A DNA stretch of 64,000 bases from a virus. Made by a program: the position numbers and the translations under genes. The notes under the pieces were generated by a model that made no database searches, had not been told where the DNA came from, and saw nothing but the letters and a program-made list of their open reading frames with translations. How positions within the stretch are numbered: the first letter of the stretch is position 1; the number at the start of each line of letters is the position of its first letter. The DNA lies in IMG/VR virus record IMGVR_UViG_3300010348_001013, positions 1,751 through 65,750 of that record. One strand, given 5' to 3'. Positions 1 through 11,547 of the stretch are shown one piece after another.

Positions 1-2355
1 ATATCCAGGTTCTGTTATATTAGAAGTAACTGTTCCACTATAAATTGGTTTATCATTATTGTTGAATTTTAATGGAGTATATAATATAGTTATTATATCT
101 GTTGATGTTATATCGTGCGGGGCAATTATTGATACTTGTTTTAATTCTGGTGTGGTATCTAATGGAGTTGGTTCATAACATGCTGCTTCCTCTGGATATA
201 TTATAGAACCTATATATTTTTCATTATTTATATATATTGTTACTGTATTGTAAACATAAATATCATTAAGTGTAAATTGAATTGTGTCGTTTTTACTATA
301 TGTTAATTGAGTGAATGTTTTAGATTTGTATAGCGATTCATTTGAATAATAATAGGATATCCAATCATCGGTTGAAAACATATAACCAACATCTTGATTT
401 GGCTGATTTATATCTTCCCATATAAAGGGATCTTCGGTTTTTTTAAATCCATCTAATGGATCTTCTGATGTTGATTTTAATATAAAAAAACTAGTATTAT
501 CTATAATATTGTATTGATCAGGTGATAATCTTTTTATAATATATACTGGGGTTTCATCTGTGCTTAGCCCCATAATATATAATTCAGGAATAGTTAATTT
601 GTTGTAATCGCTTTTAATGAATATGTTGTTTTCATCAGAATATCTTATTATACTCATATCATTTAATGGTTTAGCGTATAGAATAATTTGGTTATTTCCT
701 GAGAGAATTAATGAGTTGGTGTCATCGCCAATACCAATGTGAAAATTATCAATATCAGGTTCATATAATCTGTATCCATTTATCATATTTGTTCTAAAAT
801 AGTTACCAGCAGTATCAAGTCTATTTCCATTTATGAATACTGTTTCATCTATTGTGTTGGTATCAATTTTAAATGGTAATACAAGAGTTACCGAACTATC
901 TATTGGTGATAGTGTAAATTGACTAAATACTGGAATTAATCTATTTTTGTTATATGCTGGAAAAATATAAGATGATTTATCATTTCCATAAATAACTTCA
1001 CTATATATGAAGGAATTAACATATTCTTTATCTTTAAGATATAACTTGGCTTCATCTTTATACTCTGGCTCAGATTGTAAATATTCTTCTAATTTTCTTG
1101 ATGAACTATCATCTAAAGTATTTATATATCCATTTATTGATATTGTACTATATGCTGGGGTAACAGAATATGTATATGTTTCAGAAAGATAGTAACTATT
1201 TTCAAGATAGATGTTATAGTTTGCGGCAATATAAGAGATACCAAATATATATTCATTTGTATCTTCTATTGATTTTTCTATTATTTTATCAGCAGGAGAT
1301 ATTGATTCCAATAAATTTCGTGTTTCATTGGTTGTTAGTTTAGTCATAACCTTTTTATATAAATCAGTAACAATGTTATATGATGTTGTATCATTAGAAA
1401 CCTGAATAAGATGATCCTTTATTGGATTATTTAATGTAAAAAATAGGATTAACGTCCTACAGGTAAACGTATTAGTATGAAATACCTGATACATATCATT
1501 ATAAATAGCATTCGATTTTATATTGGTTATTTCATTCCATGATTTTAAATTTTTAAGAACGTCAATATCTGTAGTATATTTATTAGTGTAGACCAATTTA
1601 TAAAAAGACAGTCTATTATTAGTAAATAATCGTAATTGTATTTCATTTAATGTGACAAACCCATTAAATTTAATCATTATACCGATAATAAATTTGTTTT
1701 TAACGTCATCTGTTATTGTTATGCCGAACGAATTAGTATTTTCGATACTTTCAATGTAATATGTTTTATAGAATGGTTTTAATATATTATTTTGATATGC
1801 TAACATTGAATCAGAAGAATAAACTGGTATTATATTTGTATTGAAACATATTATGTCTATATTACTTGTTTCTTGTGTTAAAAATGAAAAGGATCTAACT
1901 ACATCATTATATGCAACATACATATTGTTATTGATACTTATTTTATTTGCATTTATAATTTCATTTTTAGTAGTATCAAATATATTTATTTTATCTATGG
2001 TTGATGAAACGTTTACCAATTTTATCAATTCGTTAGTAAGAATAGAATAATTTGTTAATGATGCGATGAGATTTGATATTGTTGTTTCTATATTAGCTAT
2101 TCTATTATCCAATTCCTTTCCAATAGCATATAAAATATCAATGTCATCTTCCATATATTTAACGAAGTTATTATATTGATTTTTATTGAGGTTATCTTTA
2201 AATGGCGCATTTAACATTGTAGACTCGCCATATATTAGCTTGGTTAATATATTATTAATAGCTTCATTAATAGTTGTTTTATCTTTTGTTGTTATTCGGT
2301 TTTTTATCTTTTCTGTTAAAATCGCATTTGTTATTTCTATTATTGAATTATTCAT
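1..2355 (-). CDS. Putative tail/baseplate structural protein, runs off the window (3' partial)
   Basis: Absent from the ORF track because there is no stop in the window. ATG at 2355 with SD GAGGA upstream; starts MNNSIIEITNAILTEKIKNR and the same frame is open at the window edge (NNDKPIYSGTVTSNITEPGY). The interior was not fully translated. Function inferred from position in the tail operon. Confidence 0.7.
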   Translation of the reverse strand, partial: MNNSIIEITNAILTEKIKNRITTKDKTTINEAINNILTKLIYGESTMLNAPFKDNLNKNQYNNFVKYMEDDIDILYAIGKELDNRIANIETTISNLIASLTNYSILTNELIKLVNVSSTIDKINIFDTTKNEIINANKISINNNMYVAYNDVVRSFSFLTQETSNIDIICFNTNIIPVYSSDSMLAYQNNILKPFYKTYYIESIENTNSFGITITDDVKNKFIIGIMIKFNGFVTLNEIQLRLFTNNRLSFYKLVYTNKYTTDIDVLKNLKSWNEITNIKSNAIYNDMYQVFHTNTFTCRTLILFFTLNNPIKDHLIQVSNDTTSYNIVTDLYKKVMTKLTTNETRNLLESISPADKIIEKSIEDTNEYIFGISYIAANYNIYLENSYYLSETYTYSVTPAYSTISINGYINTLDDSSSRKLEEYLQSEPEYKDEAKLYLKDKEYVNSFIYSEVIYGNDKSSYIFPAYNKNRLIPVFSQFTLSPIDSSVTLVLPFKIDTNTIDETVFINGNRLDTAGNYFRTNMINGYRLYEPDIDNFHIGIGDDTNSLILSGNNQIILYAKPLNDMSIIRYSDENNIFIKSDYNKLTIPELYIMGLSTDETPVYIIKRLSPDQYNIIDNTSFFILKSTSEDPLDGFKKTEDPFIWEDINQPNQDVGYMFSTDDWISYYYSNESLYKSKTFTQLTYSKNDTIQFTLNDIYVYNTVTIYINNEKYIGSIIYPEEAACYEPTPLDTTPELKQVSIIAPHDITSTDIITILYTPLKFNNNDKPIYSGTVTSNITEPGY

Positions 2356-2364
2356 TTATATTCC

Positions 2365-4419
2365 TCAATCATTAATATAATTGATAATGCATCTTTTATC
2401 ATGAAACATTCTGTATGAAATTCTATCAGAGATGTGTTTTTTTACTACAAATTGGTTGTGGTCATCTAATTCATCGTATGGTTTATTAAACATCTTTCTT
2501 GACAAAATGTCAAGCATTTTATTAAAGACATTGACATTAAAAATATTGTTTATATTAATCGGATAAGAATTATAATATGCACTATCAAACCTTGATTGTA
2601 GTTCGCTTATATCTGAATTATTATTTTTTATATATCCTTGCCTATTTATATTATATACGGTAACACAATTAACATCCATTGTATTTAATAATGTAATTAT
2701 ACCAAGAATCATTATTGGAACTTTATGTTGATATCCATCTGTTTCATTATAAACCAAATAATCGTCTACTAAATAACGTTTTAACTCTGGAATAGATATA
2801 CCAATATCATTTGGAGTTCCCAGCACAATATTTGGATCTTCTAGTATTGTTTTTATAGTATCATATGTATAATACAATTCAATATTGTTTATATATCTAT
2901 CTAAGTAAAACGGAAATACTGACATTGGAGCAATTGGTATTAATGCTTCTTTTGCTACTATTCCTACAACAATAATTTTATTTATTATTCCATAGTTATG
3001 ATATGCGTGATATGGTGTTGGGTTAAGACAAAACGATTTATGAATTATTGTTTTCTTTCTATAAACATATGAGACTGTTATTATATCACTATCATATATT
3101 TCTTCGTTGAGTGTTACCAAATGTGATTCATCGTCGTAATCTACAATTTCTAGAATTAAGTTATTTCTAGTAACAGTTATACCACTAAATGTTTTATTAA
3201 TATTATTATATGTATAAATAATATCATCATGAGTAAGTTTTATTGTTTTATTACCAAGATTAATAGCCAGTCCAGTATATGCTTCATAAATATCGCCATT
3301 ATTTATGGTTGGATTTTTAATTTCATATGTCAAACCAGGAGTATCTGGCAATAATGGATTTGCTTCTTTCGATCTATAAATCATTCCATATGTTGTATTA
3401 ATATAAAAATGGTCATTTGTAATTATTTGTGTATCATCTGTTTGAATATTTAAAATAGTTGATGTATCTAACTCGTTAACAACAACATACCTTGAAAATG
3501 GACAACTATCTCCAATTAATATCGATGTTTGATAATTGTTATATTGACTTGGACTAACAAATTTATAAGATTGTTCCACTAAGGAAATATCATTTTCTAT
3601 TCTTCTGTAAACTTTTTCTGGGATTATTCTTTCTATAAAAGAAAATCCGTTATAAGCCATGTTCATAGAATATTTTGAATTAGTATATAACATTATATCA
3701 ACTAAAAAACTATTATCTTGTTCTTCTTTGATGATCAGTTCAGGTAAAACATATCTATTGTTTGTAATTTCATATATTATTGGATTTTGGGCTAATAAAT
3801 ATGCAACTTTGAATTGTCTTACGTTATTTGAGCCAGGAGTAAGATCACTAAAATATTTATAAGTAAAATATACAGTAAATGTTGAGTAATCAATAGTATA
3901 ATAATCTTTATTTACTAATACCGGAGTTTCTGATGTTATATCGTATATTTTTATTTTTCTATTTGCAGTTGGCACATTAGGATAATCAGTAATCGGTAAT
4001 GTACTTATTGATGTATGCATAATTCTAGAAGCAATAAAAGAATTATTAGGGTTGAATGTTATATCAAATGTTTGTTCCATTGCTGATAAAAGAGATTTAT
4101 TAATTAAATAATTATTTATTGTTGATTTGTATTTATAAAACAATGGAATATAATTCTGGTTATTTGCATCAAAAAAGAATTTATTTGTTATTAATATTGT
4201 ATTTGGAATATTAGTAATATTAAGAAAATAATTACTATCTCGCTCATATGCGTTTATATAATTTGTCTTACTAAGGACAAAAGAAACGTTTTCTTCGACT
4301 AAATATTCATAATTATCAATAACAAACATATCTTTAAAAGTCAATGTCTGGCTATTAACATAAGCAATTGGTAAATCGTATTGATTTATTGTATCCAAAG
4401 TTGTTAGTTTATAATTCAT
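2365..4419 (-). CDS. Putative virion structural (baseplate/tail) protein, 684 aa
   Basis: Long ORF with Tyr/Ile/Asn-rich, beta-type composition, tightly packed in the baseplate operon. Function from context only. Confidence 0.55.
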   Translation of the reverse strand: MNYKLTTLDTINQYDLPIAYVNSQTLTFKDMFVIDNYEYLVEENVSFVLSKTNYINAYERDSNYFLNITNIPNTILITNKFFFDANNQNYIPLFYKYKSTINNYLINKSLLSAMEQTFDITFNPNNSFIASRIMHTSISTLPITDYPNVPTANRKIKIYDITSETPVLVNKDYYTIDYSTFTVYFTYKYFSDLTPGSNNVRQFKVAYLLAQNPIIYEITNNRYVLPELIIKEEQDNSFLVDIMLYTNSKYSMNMAYNGFSFIERIIPEKVYRRIENDISLVEQSYKFVSPSQYNNYQTSILIGDSCPFSRYVVVNELDTSTILNIQTDDTQIITNDHFYINTTYGMIYRSKEANPLLPDTPGLTYEIKNPTINNGDIYEAYTGLAINLGNKTIKLTHDDIIYTYNNINKTFSGITVTRNNLILEIVDYDDESHLVTLNEEIYDSDIITVSYVYRKKTIIHKSFCLNPTPYHAYHNYGIINKIIVVGIVAKEALIPIAPMSVFPFYLDRYINNIELYYTYDTIKTILEDPNIVLGTPNDIGISIPELKRYLVDDYLVYNETDGYQHKVPIMILGIITLLNTMDVNCVTVYNINRQGYIKNNNSDISELQSRFDSAYYNSYPININNIFNVNVFNKMLDILSRKMFNKPYDELDDHNQFVVKKHISDRISYRMFHDKRCIINYIND

Positions 4420-4437
4420 TCATGTTTCCTTAGTCAT

Positions 4438-5295
4438 CTATTGGGGAAATTGTGATAATATTTCTGTTTCAATATTGTTAATTAGTGTCTGAATTTCAAA
4501 TATTTTATCTGCTGTATCTTCATATGATATTATCGGTGTAATAGTTTGATATTTTGTTATTGATGCCGGGTCAATTATTGTTTGTAAATATGCTGGATTA
4601 TTTTTTATTGTATTAATAGCATTGATTAATTCATTTATTATTACCAAAGAAAATAGACTATATGAATTTAAAATTTGCGGGGAAGTTGATATTAATGTAT
4701 TATTATATCCGCCTGTCCATGAAAATAATTCAATATTTGAACTAGCCTCGTTATTTATAAATGTGATAATATCATTTAAAGCCGTTCTTATTCTTATAAT
4801 ATAATTTGCATGTAATGCGGGGGCTTTTTTATTCAAAGAAACAGTAGGATGTAAATTCTTATATTCTGTAAAATTGACATCCCATTCTACTGGAATATAT
4901 GAAGCATAAATAAGTCCATTTGAGTGGTTAATAAAAAAAGATTCATTTATTGTAACAATATTGTTTGTAGAACCAAATGTATAATCGCTATCGCTTAATT
5001 TAGTAACTGCCCTGGTATTTGGATTAATGTGATAAATTGTAAAAGGAAAAATGTCAGAATCTGTAATATGTATATCGTGAAATATAAATGTTCTAGATAT
5101 GGTATATTTGGTAATAAAATCATTATTCCATAAATCAAAACCATTATCAGGATTGTTATAATAAGGAATGTCTTGTATAACATAGATAAATTCAAATTCT
5201 GGTTTGTTATTTTCAGGTGAATAAATATTATCATCTATTGGATTACAATATGGTTTATACCATAAAGTTTTTTGAAATGTCTCGTTAATGTACAT
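4438..5295 (-). CDS. Hypothetical, probably virion, protein, 285 aa
   Basis: ATG with SD AAGGA; operonic with its neighbours. Confidence 0.55.
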   Translation of the reverse strand: MYINETFQKTLWYKPYCNPIDDNIYSPENNKPEFEFIYVIQDIPYYNNPDNGFDLWNNDFITKYTISRTFIFHDIHITDSDIFPFTIYHINPNTRAVTKLSDSDYTFGSTNNIVTINESFFINHSNGLIYASYIPVEWDVNFTEYKNLHPTVSLNKKAPALHANYIIRIRTALNDIITFINNEASSNIELFSWTGGYNNTLISTSPQILNSYSLFSLVIINELINAINTIKNNPAYLQTIIDPASITKYQTITPIISYEDTADKIFEIQTLINNIETEILSQFPQ

Positions 5296-5306
5296 TATAT
5301 TATCCT

Positions 5307-8300
5307 TTAAACAATAAAATTACTTGAATTTTCCATAGCATTAAAATATGCTATTTTATCGTAAATTATTATATATGATCCAGCTGATAGTGTTTCATTT
5401 GTTCTTAATGTTATGGAATAATAACTATTAGCAATATTTCCTGTAATTTGATGAAATGAAATATTTGTTATAGAATATGAAATTGCTTTATCTATAATAG
5501 TATCATATGCTTTGTTAATATATATATTGTAATAATCTTCTGTTGATATTAAAAATAAACTATTTAAGTTATTTATGTTATATGGAACATGTATTGTAAA
5601 TGTGTTAATTTCTGATGATAGTGTGATTATTCTAGTCTCGTTTTCACATATATTATTTTTTGAAGGGTATACTACTAGATTTCTATAATAATCTGTGCTT
5701 TGTTCATATGGAAGTAATTTAATTGTTTTATATACGTGAGTATCATTACTAAGGTTTGTTGCTTTAATAACAACATAATTTTCCAATAAATTAAATGTTG
5801 GTGGAATGTATTCAAAATATATCTTACCCATTGAATCTGTAATAGCATTAAACTTAAATGTTATTAAACTATTTCGTTCGTATTTAAGTCCGCCTCTATT
5901 TAATGTAAATAATCTATATGTTCCATGCTTTCGTGCCTTTTTAATTATTGAATTCATAAAAAGATTTTTAGACATAACTGTTGTTCTACTCATTACCGGA
6001 TTTAAATAATTGGTAGTATTTGTATTGTCATATATTTTATATCTATAATCATTATTATCAGTTGTTTCATATATTTCACCAACATTATCATGAGTAAATG
6101 TTATTCTATCAAATCCACCCATTGTAATTTTTGACTCATTGTAATCGACATTTATTGTTCTATTTGTTGAATCCTGGTATATTCTATTCATTGAAATTTC
6201 TACCGGTATATTTGAAACTGGTTGATTTTTGTTATCACGAACCAATAGTATAATCGCAATTGTTGCACCGTTAGTATAATCATATTGTGTTTCAATTTGT
6301 AAAAGTCCACCGACCTGTCCACCGGTTTCTTCTGTTTCATTTGTTGAAAATGCCAAAAAATAGTTTGTTAAATTATTATAAAATGGATGGATGTTTAATG
6401 TTACAAAGTTACTTTTGGAATTAATGGAACTATTATATATAACAAACTTATTTACATGTATTTTTGGAATCAATATGACGTTCTCAATTGGATCGTATAT
6501 ATAATTTCTTGAATCTACTTTAAACAAATTTTCTGTTGGGATATCTGTTAATGAAATAATAATAATATATTTATCATCATAATGAGGGTCTAATAGATAT
6601 TTAAAATATTCCCCATCATCTGATAATGTCATATTATCTGTTGTTATTTTTACAGCTTTATATCTATTAAAATAAGCATATAGATATGTCTCATTATCAT
6701 TTCTTCCTATAAATATTCCATCCGATATTTTTGGAATCCAGTTAAAATATTTACTACCAGATAATGACAATAACGATTGATGTAATTCGTTATTTTCGTC
6801 AAAATCAAGAATGTTATTATCTATTATTATATCTTCCATTTGGATATTGCGAATAGATACCAGTTCCAATCCACCATATATTCTTCCACTAATAATATCA
6901 TCTGTTTTTGTAAAATATGAAGAAGATGACCAATGTGGTTCATATACCCCGGTCCCAGATTCCATTATATCTGCTTTTAATAACATACTATTAAAATTAG
7001 CATCTTTCCATGTATAAATATCATTCTCGGTTATATTTAATCTTTCGATATCATGATCAAAACGAATATATTGTTTTGAGAATTCATATGGAAATGAAAA
7101 GGAAACTTCAGCACGATTTAATGTTTCTGAATCTACACAAATAAAAGAAATAGTACTAAATTCAACATCAGTTAAATCATCAGTTTTAACAATAACTGTG
7201 TTTGAATTAATAATAATATTATCAGAACTAATATTAAAACCAGTATCAGTTTTTGCTGTTATTGCATAATTTGAAGATGGAACAAATGGAAATGTAAATA
7301 TCATATTGTCTGGCATTGAAACAACGTTTTCAACCCCGCAATCAATCATAATAATAGATTCTATAAATCTAATAGAATCATTACGTTCTAAGTTATATAT
7401 TGTATTTAATCTTGATCGCAATTGAAAATTATCTTCAAATGGATAATCGTAATAAATACCTGAATTATAGGCTGCAATAGTAAATATATTCCACAATCTT
7501 ACTGGAGAACTATACTGATTAATTTCAAATGACGAAACACAACAATTAACTCCGTCTATATCTGTCATATAATATCTATTAAAAAGATATCTTGTAAAAT
7601 ATAATGTAGACCCATCACATAATATAAAAGACCCATCATTATCAATTGCAAATGAAGATATATTTGTATTAACATTAATTGAATAATCTGGCATTGATGG
7701 AAATGACTTATTTAATAAGTTATATGCTTCAATTACACTATTCCTTAGTAAAAATAAATAGTCGTTAAAGATTTTAATACATTGACATCCTTTTGTTCCA
7801 AGTGGTAATGGAGCAATTATATATTCATCAGTATCTATAGATGAATAATAAAGTATTCCATTAAGTAATGCAAATTTTATTCCAAGTCGTTCATAGTTCA
7901 CAATATCTTGAAAATCATTTGAATAATAATAAAGATTTGCTGTTGATTTTTTAATACATTTTTCTGTTGTCATATATCTAAAACTAATGGTTACGTTTTT
8001 AGTTCCAGTTGGAACGACTAATACATTTGAAACTTTAAAAGTAGAACCAAGAAGTCCCCGAAAATAATCAATAATTTCTTCGGTTAATATGCCTTTATTA
8101 AAGATATCAAATGCTTTATAGTATTCATCCCAATCTGGTGCAGTGTTATCAATTCCAATATATGAAATTATTTCATCAAGATCATCATACCAGAATATTC
8201 CATCATTATTAATGTCAAATCTACTATCATATCCATCTGTTGTAGATTTGTATATTTTTCCAATAGTTGGATATGTTAAAAATGTTACTATATAATCAGG

Positions 8301-8861
8301 AAGTAAGTATATTTCATCATGCAAAAGTTCATCTGTGATAGTGATATTATACTCGTATGATTTATTAATTGTTTCTGTCCCAATGACATCTATTGGGGAA
8401 GTCTTTGTTGTTGATATATTATCATAGTTATATTCCGTTATTGAGTTATTATATATTGCATAAAGTCGGGGGGTATTTGTTGTTGTATCTACGTCTATAT
8501 TTTTAATAAATGCCTTTGCCGGGCTGTATTCTTTATATACATTTAATGATGATGGTATTCCACGAAGGAATTCTGCTTCATTTGCTACTTTTGTTGCTGT
8601 TAAAAGCGAAGTTTCATCTTCTATATTAGCATATGGTGTTATATATGCCATATATGGAATATTAGGATTTGTCTTAAATATATTATCTTCATTGAATATT
8701 TGATTTAATTCTTCTTTTGCCGAGTCATTAATATTAAGAATAGTATTAATGAATATTTCTGTTTCTGTTATAAACCGATTATTTAATCTGCACCATGATG
8801 GTGCGATATATGATAAATAACGTCTTGATATTGGATTATAAATGTTTAATATTCTAGACAT
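5307..8861 (-). CDS. Baseplate/tail protein with dockerin-like Ca-binding repeat and Ig-like segment, 1184 aa
   Basis: DINNDGIFWYDD and DIFNKGIL tandem loops; LVRDNKNQPVSNIPVEI resembles a Big_1-type Ig strand; directly downstream of the baseplate J-like gene. Confidence 0.55.
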   Translation of the reverse strand: MSRILNIYNPISRRYLSYIAPSWCRLNNRFITETEIFINTILNINDSAKEELNQIFNEDNIFKTNPNIPYMAYITPYANIEDETSLLTATKVANEAEFLRGIPSSLNVYKEYSPAKAFIKNIDVDTTTNTPRLYAIYNNSITEYNYDNISTTKTSPIDVIGTETINKSYEYNITITDELLHDEIYLLPDYIVTFLTYPTIGKIYKSTTDGYDSRFDINNDGIFWYDDLDEIISYIGIDNTAPDWDEYYKAFDIFNKGILTEEIIDYFRGLLGSTFKVSNVLVVPTGTKNVTISFRYMTTEKCIKKSTANLYYYSNDFQDIVNYERLGIKFALLNGILYYSSIDTDEYIIAPLPLGTKGCQCIKIFNDYLFLLRNSVIEAYNLLNKSFPSMPDYSINVNTNISSFAIDNDGSFILCDGSTLYFTRYLFNRYYMTDIDGVNCCVSSFEINQYSSPVRLWNIFTIAAYNSGIYYDYPFEDNFQLRSRLNTIYNLERNDSIRFIESIIMIDCGVENVVSMPDNMIFTFPFVPSSNYAITAKTDTGFNISSDNIIINSNTVIVKTDDLTDVEFSTISFICVDSETLNRAEVSFSFPYEFSKQYIRFDHDIERLNITENDIYTWKDANFNSMLLKADIMESGTGVYEPHWSSSSYFTKTDDIISGRIYGGLELVSIRNIQMEDIIIDNNILDFDENNELHQSLLSLSGSKYFNWIPKISDGIFIGRNDNETYLYAYFNRYKAVKITTDNMTLSDDGEYFKYLLDPHYDDKYIIIISLTDIPTENLFKVDSRNYIYDPIENVILIPKIHVNKFVIYNSSINSKSNFVTLNIHPFYNNLTNYFLAFSTNETEETGGQVGGLLQIETQYDYTNGATIAIILLVRDNKNQPVSNIPVEISMNRIYQDSTNRTINVDYNESKITMGGFDRITFTHDNVGEIYETTDNNDYRYKIYDNTNTTNYLNPVMSRTTVMSKNLFMNSIIKKARKHGTYRLFTLNRGGLKYERNSLITFKFNAITDSMGKIYFEYIPPTFNLLENYVVIKATNLSNDTHVYKTIKLLPYEQSTDYYRNLVVYPSKNNICENETRIITLSSEINTFTIHVPYNINNLNSLFLISTEDYYNIYINKAYDTIIDKAISYSITNISFHQITGNIANSYYSITLRTNETLSAGSYIIIYDKIAYFNAMENSSNFIV

Positions 8862-9981
8862 TAATGATCTCCGACACTACATATTTTTCATTCCACATAG
8901 GAATGAGATAAGTATTATCTATTGCTTGGATGTTGTTAATTAAAATATTAGTTATATGCCATTTACTGAGATCTACCCGTTCCCCCATTGGTGTGTTTTC
9001 AATGGTAGATTTTATTGCTTCGTTGTCTGTATCAGTTGTATAAATTGTTAATTCTAAATAGGTTGGAAAACAAATATTACAATTTCCAGTTGAATAATTC
9101 TCTAAAATAGCATTTGCAATTGGTTTAATAATATCATCATATGACTTATTGGTTGTTTCAATATAATATGTTGTTGATCCTAACCCATAAAGATTTTCGA
9201 ATTTATGAACATCTACAACATTAGCAATTCTATTAAGCTCACCAATAATAAAATCGTTGTTTTTAATTAATAACGATTGAATCTTAGTATTTAAAACATA
9301 TCTATATTCAGTATCATTCATCTCATTTGTTTGAATTGAAAGGACATATGTATTATTTATAGTAAATATATTACTATTATATACATTTAAATTAATATTG
9401 GATATTAAAAGAGGATTTATTTCAATGGATGTTATTGATGCTGGATATACTGGATAATTATATTCATTGTTCATTACCAAATAAATAGCCCCAGAGAATG
9501 TTGTATTACTTATAATAACGTTTGTTAATGGTCTATATGTATTTGAGTAAATATCCGAAATGTTTATTATTGCTTCTTTTGGAATTATAATTGGTTTAGT
9601 TATATCTTTAAATAGCGTAGCTTTATCGATTGTATTTGATATTCCAACTATAACATTATCGTCGGATAATGAGGTATGTCGATTAAATTTGGTTCTATTT
9701 ACACCAAATTTTTTACCTATAACATCTAAACCATTGGAAGAAGCACTATCTATTGAACGATCATTAATTATAGAACTAATTATTGCATCGTTTGAATAAA
9801 TGTCACTTAACAGACTAACAATGCTATCATAGTCTCTATTAGCTTCTAGATCTGAATATTTATTACCTGTAAAGGTTAAATAAACATAATCTCGAATATC
9901 ATTATTATTCATATTATATACTCCATTAAAATTATACAGAAATCTTTCTAGAATGTAAAACAATGTATTTATCTGGTTCAA
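8854..9981 (-). CDS. Baseplate J-like (wedge) protein, 375 aa
   Basis: IDSASSNGLDVIGKKFGVNR fits the J-family xxAxGxxLDxxGxxxGxxR motif; EMNDTEYRY fits ExDxxYR; ANVVDV...GLGSTTYYI follows. Confidence 0.7.
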   Translation of the reverse strand: MNQINTLFYILERFLYNFNGVYNMNNNDIRDYVYLTFTGNKYSDLEANRDYDSIVSLLSDIYSNDAIISSIINDRSIDSASSNGLDVIGKKFGVNRTKFNRHTSLSDDNVIVGISNTIDKATLFKDITKPIIIPKEAIINISDIYSNTYRPLTNVIISNTTFSGAIYLVMNNEYNYPVYPASITSIEINPLLISNINLNVYNSNIFTINNTYVLSIQTNEMNDTEYRYVLNTKIQSLLIKNNDFIIGELNRIANVVDVHKFENLYGLGSTTYYIETTNKSYDDIIKPIANAILENYSTGNCNICFPTYLELTIYTTDTDNEAIKSTIENTPMGERVDLSKWHITNILINNIQAIDNTYLIPMWNEKYVVSEIINV

Positions 9982-10891
9982 GCTCTCTATTCAATGTAAC
10001 AATTGATGAAATACAATTATCAAGTTTATATGGTTTATTTTCTTGTTTTATTGTGGCTGATTTTAAACCTACAGCATAAACATTATAATATGGAATTTGT
10101 AATGTTAGTGGGAAATATGAACTATATGATAACTCGTGAAAATCAACAATATTATTGTTATATGTATATCTATTTGGATTTATAATGTTTTGGTTTTTAT
10201 CAAGTATTGTTAATGAACCCAAAAAATATGTAATATTATCACTCATAACATAATTATTTTTACTTAAAACATCCACAACATTAATATATTTTGATACTTG
10301 CGTAATAACAATACTAATATAATTGTTTGTTATATAATTTTTAATATCAATAGGAACGTCTGAAAACTCATCATATGTATCAGCATGATAATTATCTAAT
10401 AGAGATTGTTTTATAATATAAACAGGAGGTGGAACATTGTAATTAAACACCAATAGGCTTTTATTTTCAGTAATAACAATTTCAGATTGTAAATCTATTG
10501 TGTTAGTTACAGGATATTCTAGATTTGTTGTTAGGGGTGGAATAATTCCCCCGGGAGCTGAAATATTCATATCCATAATTATATCATCTCGATATAAATT
10601 CAATTTAATGGATATATAATATATACCTGTACTATAATCTTGATTAGTTTCTATCGTTATAATATTATTTATTTCTTCATATGTATATTTAGTGTATATT
10701 TCTTCTATTGCTGCAATTTTTCCAAACAATTCGGCCTTAACATCCCCCGCCAATACAAAATATAATTGAAAATTAATCCCCACAAAAATTTCCCATAATC
10801 TCTGTTGAAGGGTATTATAATCATTTCCAAATAATGTTTTTTCACTTATTAATGTTAAATCACCATCCGAATTTCTGTTAAACAGCTTCAT
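9932..10891 (-). CDS. Putative baseplate wedge protein (gp25/sheath-initiator-like N-terminus), 319 aa
   Basis: N-terminal LFNRNSDGDLTL motif and position just upstream of the J-like gene; weak evidence. Confidence 0.4.
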   Translation of the reverse strand: MKLFNRNSDGDLTLISEKTLFGNDYNTLQQRLWEIFVGINFQLYFVLAGDVKAELFGKIAAIEEIYTKYTYEEINNIITIETNQDYSTGIYYISIKLNLYRDDIIMDMNISAPGGIIPPLTTNLEYPVTNTIDLQSEIVITENKSLLVFNYNVPPPVYIIKQSLLDNYHADTYDEFSDVPIDIKNYITNNYISIVITQVSKYINVVDVLSKNNYVMSDNITYFLGSLTILDKNQNIINPNRYTYNNNIVDFHELSYSSYFPLTLQIPYYNVYAVGLKSATIKQENKPYKLDNCISSIVTLNRELEPDKYIVLHSRKISV

Positions 10892-10992
10892 TAATATGTT
10901 CCCCGCTTATAATATTTCTGTTACAGCAATAATGAAAATCCCCAATAGATGACTCTGTCCCAATGCCCTTTCGTCCATGATATCTATTGGGG

Positions 10993-11526
10993 TCATTTAA
11001 TTTTGGCAATTTTTGTTGCTGATTCTGTTGTTTTATTTTTAGTTTCTTTAACTGCTTTTAATACTTCTTGTGATTTTCTGTTAGCCATTGTTTCTTTGTC
11101 AATTGAACTATTTAAATCGTCTAGAGTTGATGCTATTTTATTATTTGATGTTTTGATTGTCTCTGCTTTGGTTTTTGCATCATTCTCTATCTTTAGATTA
11201 TTATTTTTTATTTTTTCTAATTCCCGTTCATTATGTGAAGTTAATTGCGGGGCACTATTTGCCAGGGCAATCTTAGATAATATGTCTGATATTTGATATT
11301 TAGTTTTTAATTCCATTATTTTATCATAATATAAATTTATATTATCAATTGTTGGATTATCGTTATATGATTCAATCATGTAATATAGCGTATTAATTTC
11401 AATATCTGATAATTCGTCTATCAATGAATCCAGAGTTTCAATATTTAATATATATTTATCCTTTGAATCAGAAGTAGAACTGTACTTTTCGCTTAAAGTA
11501 TATTTAATATCTTCAATGTTTCTTAT
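10993..11526 (-). CDS. Hypothetical coiled-coil protein, 143 aa from TTG 11424 or about 177 aa from an inferred ATA start at 11526
   Basis: Frame is open from 11526; SD AGGAG lies 8 nt upstream of the ATA; K/E/N-rich helical C-terminus. Confidence 0.55.
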   Translation of the reverse strand: MRNIEDIKYTLSEKYSSTSDSKDKYILNIETLDSLIDELSDIEINTLYYMIESYNDNPTIDNINLYYDKIMELKTKYQISDILSKIALANSAPQLTSHNERELEKIKNNNLKIENDAKTKAETIKTSNNKIASTLDDLNSSIDKETMANRKSQEVLKAVKETKNKTTESATKIAKIK

Positions 11527-11547
11527 GACTATTACTCCTATATGATA

